From Erysipelotrichaceae bacterium (GTDB lineage: Bacteria; Bacillota_I; Bacilli_A; Erysipelotrichales; Coprobacillaceae), in the NCBI GenBank assembly GCA_021201655.1, contig JAJQEL010000074.1, positions 7,029 through 71,028 of the forward strand: a stretch of 64,000 nt of DNA, in the 5' to 3' direction. Made by a program: the position numbers and the translations under genes. Each line of letters opens with the position of its first letter. Position 1 is the first letter of the stretch. Shown here in pieces: positions 8,974 to 16,222 of this stretch. The notes under the pieces are model-generated. The model had not been told where the DNA came from. It ran no database searches and saw nothing but the letters and a program-made list of their open reading frames with translations.

Positions 8974-10399
8974 TTTCATAAAATAGTAAATCTTTATTAT
9001 ATTTAAAATATGATTCACTACCATATATGCTGATATATCTTGCACACACACTAGATGAAGTTAATTCAGTAATTACCAATAGTATTTCCTGTTCTCCAAG
9101 AGCTATTTCTAAAAAATGAAAGATGTTTTCTAATTGATTGGAAGTTTTATTAGAAAAGATTTGTAGTTGTTGAATTGAACGATTGATATATTCTTTACCT
9201 ACTTCAAAGTGTTTTGATGCGTCTATATCTTGGATAAGTGATAATATTTCTTCAAGATATTGTTTTAAAGAGGCATACGCATCTTGGTCATTTTCTGATA
9301 ATAGTTCACGTTGATTAGCAGATAAACTCATATTGATGTTATTGATTTTTTCTTCAATGGAATCCATAATAGATGATGATTGAATGATTTTCTTGGCTTC
9401 GACAATTGTCTGTCTTCTATCTAATACTTGTTTCATGTCTTGCTTTTCTTTATCTAATAACAAACCAATAAGACTAATCCTTTCATCAAACGAAGCCTTT
9501 TGAGCACGTTCAATGATATCTTTACTAACTTGTCCTGCCAAAATATCATCAACCTTATAATCACTTTGATATTTCTTCCATAATTCAAAATAAACAGAGA
9601 ATTGATGAGCAATCTTTTCATCTCTTAAATATTGCTTTATGAGTAATTCGTCGATTTCAATATGATTTAATTCATAGAGTTTCATCATAATAGATAAATC
9701 ACTCCATCCTCTTGGTGTCACAAAACTACGTCCATCGATCGTATTTTCTACTTTATAGAATTGATCATTTCTGATATCTAAATAACTTAAGATACATGGA
9801 TGAATATCTTCATTAATAGCCCAATTTTTCCAAACACTATAATCTGGTTCAATATCAATACGTTTTAAACGATCTTCAGTCACCATATCAAATTCTCTGA
9901 CCGATTGATTATATTGTGGCGGATTCCCTGCCGTAACAACTATCCAACCTTCTGGTATGCGATGCTGGCCAAATACTTTATATTGGAGAAATTGGAGCAT
10001 GGAAGGAGCTAAAGTTTCAGAAACACAATTGATCTCATCTAAAAATAAGATACCTTCTCTGATGCCAGTTTCTTTCATTTTGTGATAAATTGAAGCAATA
10101 ATTTCACTCATGGTATATTCACTAGCACGATATGTTTGTCCATCGAATTCTTCTTCTTGAATATAAGGTAAACCTAAAGCTGATTGTCTGGTATGATGCG
10201 TAATGGAATAACTCACTAGACCAATATGTAATTCTTGGGCTATTTGTTCAATAATAGCTGTTTTACCAATACCTGGTGCTCCTACTAAAAACAATGGTCT
10301 TTGTTTATGTAAGGGTATAAGATAACGTCCATATTCATTTTTCGTGCGATAAGCAATAATTGCATTTTTTATTTGATCTTTTGCTTCATTAATATTCAT
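8933..10399 (-). CDS. AAA_5 (MoxR/CbbQ-like) AAA+ ATPase with helical C-terminal domain, module 1
   Basis: Walker A GAPGIGKT, Walker B ILFLDEIN, sensor-1 region VTAGNP, then DRLKRI. 66 of the first 80 residues are identical to the paralog at 23209-24663 (manual count). Confidence 0.85.
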   Translation of the reverse strand: MNINEAKDQIKNAIIAYRTKNEYGRYLIPLHKQRPLFLVGAPGIGKTAIIEQIAQELHIGLVSYSITHHTRQSALGLPYIQEEEFDGQTYRASEYTMSEIIASIYHKMKETGIREGILFLDEINCVSETLAPSMLQFLQYKVFGQHRIPEGWIVVTAGNPPQYNQSVREFDMVTEDRLKRIDIEPDYSVWKNWAINEDIHPCILSYLDIRNDQFYKVENTIDGRSFVTPRGWSDLSIMMKLYELNHIEIDELLIKQYLRDEKIAHQFSVYFELWKKYQSDYKVDDILAGQVSKDIIERAQKASFDERISLIGLLLDKEKQDMKQVLDRRQTIVEAKKIIQSSSIMDSIEEKINNINMSLSANQRELLSENDQDAYASLKQYLEEILSLIQDIDASKHFEVGKEYINRSIQQLQIFSNKTSNQLENIFHFLEIALGEQEILLVITELTSSSVCARYISIYGSESYFKYNKDLLFYERNQEILREIDALL

Positions 10400-10408
10400 A
10401 CTTTCTCC

Positions 10409-10981
10409 TTATAATATTTCTAAATCTTCTTTTTCTACGACAATCTGTAATGCCCATGGTGGTATTTTCGCATAATAGGCACTTTCATAATTGATAAATA
10501 CAAACGCTGTTAAATAAGATGGAACACGCTTAGGATATATACCTAAACCATCTGTAAAATAAAGCATACCTTTTAATTGATGAAATACATTGTCTTGAAT
10601 TAATTCGTCAACATAATCAAAAGCTGGTCGAAAATCAGTACCACCAAATCCCTTTAAAGTAAGCTTTGATAAATAGATATCTAATTCTCTTTGATTGGTA
10701 ATAACTTCATCGTGTTTGATTTGACTATCACATTGAATCAAATGTAAATTAAATTGTTTATCAAATGCTTCTTGTTGTTTTAAGATATTCCATGTTTTTT
10801 GTAAAAATAATTGTACCATATCTCCTTGAACGGAACCTGATGTATCAATAACAATCACAAAATCACGAATCTTCTTATCTTCACGATATTCCAATGGTTC
10901 TATTAATGGTGTATCTTTATAAAGCTCCAAACCATAAGTATAATAAATATAATCAAATTCATCCAATGATGTATGCATCAC
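10409..10981 (-). CDS. VWA-domain protein (DUF2201-type), C-terminal half of a split gene, module 1
   Basis: MIDAS motif VIVIDTSGSV, then GGTDFRP. Collinear with residues approx. 280-469 of the fused paralog 21855-23240. Confidence 0.8.
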   Translation of the reverse strand: MMHTSLDEFDYIYYTYGLELYKDTPLIEPLEYREDKKIRDFVIVIDTSGSVQGDMVQLFLQKTWNILKQQEAFDKQFNLHLIQCDSQIKHDEVITNQRELDIYLSKLTLKGFGGTDFRPAFDYVDELIQDNVFHQLKGMLYFTDGLGIYPKRVPSYLTAFVFINYESAYYAKIPPWALQIVVEKEDLEIL

Positions 10982-11775
10982 TTCTGATCTGCTCGCAAAT
11001 TTTTTAAAAACTCACGATAATCCACATGTTCACGATGTAATTCTAATAAAGCTCTCGTCAAATCACCAGATCTTTCACCTTGTTGTTTAGAAAAAGTTTG
11101 AAGTTGACTATCCATATCTTCACTTATATGTTTCCATAATGCTTTTAAATTTTCTGGATTGCCTGATGCTCCTTCTGTTTCATCACTACTTTCATAAACT
11201 TGACCTTTGGATGCTTTTTTCTTAGCTTTAACAATGCCTTTTTGATAATCATCATTATACCATAATTGATGATTATCAAAATGAAACAATTGTTTCCATT
11301 CTCCTAGTAAATCAGGATGAATAGGATAATCCATTAAATAACGATATATTTTTTCGGCTGTATAGATTTTCACTTTTAATTTAGATAATTCCTGCTTACG
11401 CAGTGAATCCAAAGGATCATTTTGAATAATATTGAGATCAATAATCATCGCTTCACTCGCCATATCACAAGCTAAATCCCACATCTCCTGATTAATGGAA
11501 TGATCTACAAACATATGCATAAATAGACAATGCATCAAAGGATGTAAAAAGCATCTTAAAGCATAGTTTTGATCTTGTTGATAAGATTGTAATACTAACA
11601 TTGACTGATAATAAAGATATTTCCCATCAGTGGCGATATAATTAGATTGGTGACTTTGCAGTTGTAATTGCCATAAGGCTTTATCTAAAAATCTCAGATT
11701 TAAAAGTATTTGGGTTTTACCCATATTAAGTATTTTTAGCGCTAGTTTATTGATTTTATCTGTATTGTCTACCAT
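10978..11775 (-). CDS. DUF2201_N-like putative metallopeptidase-fold protein, N-terminal half of the split gene, module 1
   Basis: FLHPLMHCLFMH followed by WDLACDMASE. Collinear with the N-terminal half of the fused paralog. Its stop overlaps the start of the VWA ORF (GTGATG). Confidence 0.7.
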   Translation of the reverse strand: MVDNTDKINKLALKILNMGKTQILLNLRFLDKALWQLQLQSHQSNYIATDGKYLYYQSMLVLQSYQQDQNYALRCFLHPLMHCLFMHMFVDHSINQEMWDLACDMASEAMIIDLNIIQNDPLDSLRKQELSKLKVKIYTAEKIYRYLMDYPIHPDLLGEWKQLFHFDNHQLWYNDDYQKGIVKAKKKASKGQVYESSDETEGASGNPENLKALWKHISEDMDSQLQTFSKQQGERSGDLTRALLELHREHVDYREFLKNLRADQK

Positions 11776-13742
11776 GATAATAAATCATCCTCTTGATTGA
11801 ATTTTGATTGATATTCTAATAATATAGCTATATTTTCCTGATGAGCATGTTTAATTGATGCTTCTAATAATATAGAAACATCTTCCTTAGTTAAACGTTC
11901 TAAATAAGGAAAAGCTTTAAGCTTGCCTTCTTTAATCAGTTCAAAGTATAACACATCATCCATGATATCTATCATTTCATTGAGTTCTCTTATTCGATAA
12001 GATGAATTAAGGAGTTCTCCTAACTTATAATTATCATCTTTAGGATAAATATCCATAATATTTTTGCCATGAAAAGATAACTTAAGATGTTCTTGAGGGT
12101 TACCAATAATATAAAAGTTTCTTTGAATGAGCTGTTGTAATTTGGGCATTGACATAGAAATATTTAAGTAACGATTTTTCCAATGAATATAATCATCAGG
12201 ATCATATTTTTGATTGAGTTGTTTTAATTGTGGAAAACATGAATCTAGAAGTAGTGGCTGATATGATCTTAAGGTTTGGCTATCAATGAGTGCACTATGA
12301 GCTATGGAAACAAATTGTTCATTATTAAAGTTCATAGGATTATTGTGAGCATCTTTGAGATGATCATCCTGGATGATAAAATATTGATTGTCACATTGCC
12401 ACAAGAGTGTTGAAGCAATATTCCTTAAGGTGAGACAACCCATGGTTTCTTTATACCAGGGAATAAAACGGGTTGCTTTGCCACTTAAGTAATCTTCGTA
12501 GAGCTTTTGTTTATAGATTTCTTGAATAATACTTAATTGTTGGGTATTATTTTTTTCTTCTAAGGACATGGTTATTTGAATAAATAGGGCATTTTCCTGT
12601 TTACCACGCATCGAAGCATATTGGGCTAATAATTGATGAGACAGAGCATAAACAGCAGCTTCTTCGTTGTCATTTAATAATATCGCTTTATTCAATGTTT
12701 CCAAACATAACAGACCGTCACGATTATAGATATCATATTGTTGCCAATGAATAGATTCTTCAATGATATGATTGAGCTGTAAAACAGAAGCATATCTTAA
12801 ATAAGGTATAAGCCTACGAGGATAATGCATATCTAAGTTATCTAAGGCTATTTGTAGTGATTCTTTATCTAGTTGACTTGCGACTTCATCAGCTGCTGTG
12901 TCTTTTTTAAAATAAGGTGGCTGACTATCAAATACTGACCATTGTGATATATACTTATATAGTATAAATTTTAATGCTTCCACAGGAGCAACTTTATCTT
13001 TTTCACGATATAGGACTTCTTTAAAAGTTGTGATATTTTCCTGTTCCATGGTTTGACGTATTTGTGATTGTGAGGCAAAGCGATTGATGTAACGAAGTAG
13101 TTTTTTATCACGTTCATCAAATTGTTGATGAGTGAGTCCTTCTTCTACTTCTATATGATCGATAAGTTTCTTTTGCTTATGAGTTAATGGCATAGTACGA
13201 ATATAAGAAATATATTGTTGTAAAGTAATTGTATCTTTAATGAGATGTCTTTTTCGACACATGAGAAAGATATCAATGATGCTTTTGTTTTCGCATAGTT
13301 CATTGAGATATTGAGGTAGCATGTCTAATATATATTGTTGATATTGATCTTGTAATTGTTGAGAGTAGCGATTTTCATATTCAGGATGTAATATGTAACC
13401 ACATGCCAAAATACGTTTTTCTATTTCAGATTGGTTTTGAAAAGGACGATATGGAGTACATATGTATTGAATGGTATTGATTGGTGGTAAGATGCGCATC
13501 AGTGGTGATTGATAAGGAATGGATGATAGCCAAATGATTTGTACATTATTATGGATATGATCAAAAGCATAAGATGCTATTTTTTTAACATGAGAACCAA
13601 TTGTTATTTTAGATAAATTGAGGCAATGACTAAAGGCACCCTCCCCAATTTCTTCCACTGATTCACCAATCATAACTTCATCAATCGATAAGTCATGACG
13701 ATAAGTATATGGTTTGACGTTTTCATTTATTTCTAGTTTCAT
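11769..13742 (-). CDS. Cytoplasmic BspA-type LRR protein with DUF4132-like central region and ankyrin-like C-terminus, module 1
   Basis: LRR_5-like ESVEEIGEGAFSHCLNLSKITIGSHVKKIASYAF with no signal peptide. Residues approx. 380-600 look DUF4132-like (LLWQCDNQYFIIQDD...VSIAHSALI...CFPQLKQL). C-terminal motif ILLEASIKHAHQENIAILLEYQ. Confidence 0.7.
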   Translation of the reverse strand: MKLEINENVKPYTYRHDLSIDEVMIGESVEEIGEGAFSHCLNLSKITIGSHVKKIASYAFDHIHNNVQIIWLSSIPYQSPLMRILPPINTIQYICTPYRPFQNQSEIEKRILACGYILHPEYENRYSQQLQDQYQQYILDMLPQYLNELCENKSIIDIFLMCRKRHLIKDTITLQQYISYIRTMPLTHKQKKLIDHIEVEEGLTHQQFDERDKKLLRYINRFASQSQIRQTMEQENITTFKEVLYREKDKVAPVEALKFILYKYISQWSVFDSQPPYFKKDTAADEVASQLDKESLQIALDNLDMHYPRRLIPYLRYASVLQLNHIIEESIHWQQYDIYNRDGLLCLETLNKAILLNDNEEAAVYALSHQLLAQYASMRGKQENALFIQITMSLEEKNNTQQLSIIQEIYKQKLYEDYLSGKATRFIPWYKETMGCLTLRNIASTLLWQCDNQYFIIQDDHLKDAHNNPMNFNNEQFVSIAHSALIDSQTLRSYQPLLLDSCFPQLKQLNQKYDPDDYIHWKNRYLNISMSMPKLQQLIQRNFYIIGNPQEHLKLSFHGKNIMDIYPKDDNYKLGELLNSSYRIRELNEMIDIMDDVLYFELIKEGKLKAFPYLERLTKEDVSILLEASIKHAHQENIAILLEYQSKFNQEDDLLSW

Positions 13743-13780
13743 AATATTCTCCTAAACATTATTATATGACAAAGATTCTA

Positions 13781-13808
13781 AAAAATCACTTCCAAAAGGA
13801 AGTGATTT
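13781..13808 (-). terminator. Intrinsic terminator after the Mo-hydroxylase operon, approx. 40 nt before module 1
   Basis: 11-bp stem aaatcacttcc/ggaagtgattt with loop aaaa and a T-rich tail on the minus strand. Confidence 0.65.
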
Positions 13809-13810
13809 GA

Positions 13811-16210
13811 TTATAAAACTGGAATTTCTTCTTGTTCAATGCCACCAGCACGACATACTGCTTGATAAATAACATCTTTTGCCATGAATATCTTATATTC
13901 ATTACCACTCATAGGTGTGGCCTTTTCTAAAGCAATTTCACCTGCTTTTGTAGCAACTTCTGTGTTAATTTCTTTACCAATGAGATATTCTTCTACTTTC
14001 TCTAAAGTATAAGGAACGGGTGCAACGCCACCAAAAACAAGCTTACAATCCTTAATAACATTGTCTTCGACGACAAATCTTTCAGCTAAAGACACAATCG
14101 CAAAATCAATCGCATCTCTTACTCTTCGTTTATCATAATGTGTTCCAGTTGTTTTAGGCACAATGATTTCAGTAACGAGTTCTCCATTATGTAAAACATC
14201 CTGAACTGTTAAATGTGTTGTAAATAACTCTTTAGCAGAGATAGTACGCTGCGTTGTTTTAATAGAAGCATTCATCATGACTAGTACTGGTGTTAAATCA
14301 GATGCATTAACTGCATAACAAGCACAATGTAAGCAACGTTTAGCTTCTTCAACGGCTGTTTGTTGATCTAAAGATTGACGATCTTCATCTGCTAAAGTAC
14401 GCTCTTCTACTGGTTTTTCATAAAGTTTATTTTGTTTTGGATTTTCGACACCTTCCACATTGAAGTGTGTATATTTTTCTTTGAATTCTTCAAAGGCTGA
14501 AGTTCCACCTAAATCATGATTCATACTTCTAGCAGCATTTCTACCTGCACGAATCGCGCGAATAGCTAGGTTTGGACCTGTTACAGCATCGCCACCAGCA
14601 TAATAGCCATCTTGTTTTGTTTTGCCAGATTCAATATCAGCATCAATCAAACCACGATTTGTCTTTAATTGTTGTGATAATTTATCACCTAAGAAAGAGA
14701 CATCAACTTTTTGACCAGTTGCTAAAATAATGAAATCTGAATCCACAAGCATAGTATCTTCTTCATCATAAGTCGGATTAAAACGTCCTTCTTTATCTCT
14801 TACTGATAAGCAACGTTTGGCTTCTAAAGCTTTCACATGACCATTTTCATCAGAAACAATACGTCCTAAGCCCCAGCCATTATAAATTTCAACGCCTTCT
14901 TCTTCAGCCATTTGAATCTCTGATTCATCAGCAGGCATTTCCTGTCTTTGTTCAAGACAAACCAATTTGACTTTCTTAGCACCTAAACGTTTTGATGTTA
15001 AAGCAACATCCATGGCAACATTTCCACCACCACAAACCAATACTTCTTCACCAATGGCTTTTTGTAAATATGTATTGACTTCTTCAAGGAAGTTTAAACC
15101 AAATTGTGTTAAATTTTCACCATCTAAACCTAAGATAGGTTGTGACCAAGCACCAGTACCAAAATAAACAACATCATTATTAGCACGAATATCTTCAACA
15201 CTAATATCTTTACCAACCATTGTATTCATGACAAATTGGATACCCATATTATCTTTTAAAGCATTGCAGAATTCATCAACAATAGATTTAGGTAAACGAT
15301 AATGCGGAATACCATATTGTAAAACACCACCTGGTTTTTCATGGGCATCATAAACTGTAACATCATGGCCTGCTTGTCTTAAATAGAAAGCAGCTGTTAA
15401 ACCACCAGGACCAGCACCAATAATAGCAGCTTTTTTACCCGTTAATTTTTCTGGAGCTTTATAGAAGCGATCTTTATTTTCTAGGATATAATCTCCTAAA
15501 GTTCTTTCCACAGCAGGAATATTCACAGGATCACCATATGTATTTTGATTACAATCATCTGTACATAAATGTGGACAAATACGACTTGTCATCATTGGCA
15601 TTGGATTATATTTAAAGAATTCTTGAGCAGCAGCTTCAAAATCACCTTGACGAATATAATCCATATATTTGGCAATATTTGTTCCAGCAGGACAAGCAGC
15701 TTGACAAGATGCTGCACTCTTGGTAGACATACCACCAAAAATAGAATGATATCTATTTTCCCCTACAATGGCATAACAAGTATCGCCACCTTTACGACGA
15801 CAATTCAAACGTCCACCAACATCATTTGGATAACGATAATACCAGCATCGTACATCTTGACATAAGTTACCACCTATAGTAGCTGTAGTACGAATAATTG
15901 GAGATGCTACAGAATGAGCTGCTTCAGATACAGCAGTTGCATATTTTTGCACTGTTTCATCTTCAGCAATTGTTTTTAAAGTTGTTCCAGCACCAATATA
16001 TAAGTTATCATTATCTTCTTTAATATATTGGCTACCTTCAATATTTTTTAAACTAACAACAGCTTTTGGATAAGTTGTTAATAATCTATCTTTATAAGTT
16101 CCCAGCAAATCAGTTCCTCCAGCAATTGGATCAATTGTACCGTGACTTTCACGGATAATTTGACTAGCTTGTTCATAACTATCTGCTTTTATATGATCAA
16201 ATTTTTTCAT
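13811..16210 (-). CDS. Mo-hydroxylase FAD-binding subunit (XdhB/CoxM-like) interleaved with a GltD/NfnB-like Fe-S NAD(P)H flavoprotein module
   Basis: N-terminal part IAGGTDLL...TIGGNLC. Middle part CQAACPAG...GDFEAA...IIGAGPGGLTAA...GGDAVTG. C-terminal part CYAVNASDLTPVLV plus a CO_deh_flav_C-like tail. Start chosen at the ATG 8 nt after the AAGGAG SD (the ORF track starts 6 nt upstream). Confidence 0.8.
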   Translation of the reverse strand: MKKFDHIKADSYEQASQIIRESHGTIDPIAGGTDLLGTYKDRLLTTYPKAVVSLKNIEGSQYIKEDNDNLYIGAGTTLKTIAEDETVQKYATAVSEAAHSVASPIIRTTATIGGNLCQDVRCWYYRYPNDVGGRLNCRRKGGDTCYAIVGENRYHSIFGGMSTKSAASCQAACPAGTNIAKYMDYIRQGDFEAAAQEFFKYNPMPMMTSRICPHLCTDDCNQNTYGDPVNIPAVERTLGDYILENKDRFYKAPEKLTGKKAAIIGAGPGGLTAAFYLRQAGHDVTVYDAHEKPGGVLQYGIPHYRLPKSIVDEFCNALKDNMGIQFVMNTMVGKDISVEDIRANNDVVYFGTGAWSQPILGLDGENLTQFGLNFLEEVNTYLQKAIGEEVLVCGGGNVAMDVALTSKRLGAKKVKLVCLEQRQEMPADESEIQMAEEEGVEIYNGWGLGRIVSDENGHVKALEAKRCLSVRDKEGRFNPTYDEEDTMLVDSDFIILATGQKVDVSFLGDKLSQQLKTNRGLIDADIESGKTKQDGYYAGGDAVTGPNLAIRAIRAGRNAARSMNHDLGGTSAFEEFKEKYTHFNVEGVENPKQNKLYEKPVEERTLADEDRQSLDQQTAVEEAKRCLHCACYAVNASDLTPVLVMMNASIKTTQRTISAKELFTTHLTVQDVLHNGELVTEIIVPKTTGTHYDKRRVRDAIDFAIVSLAERFVVEDNVIKDCKLVFGGVAPVPYTLEKVEEYLIGKEINTEVATKAGEIALEKATPMSGNEYKIFMAKDVIYQAVCRAGGIEQEEIPVL

Positions 16211-16222
16211 CGTCATGTCTCC

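Noticed and set aside
10975-10985. Programmed ribosomal frameshifting joining the two halves of the split VWA gene.
   Set aside because: I could identify no slippery heptamer or downstream structure. An overlapping stop/start (GTGATG) explains expression more simply.
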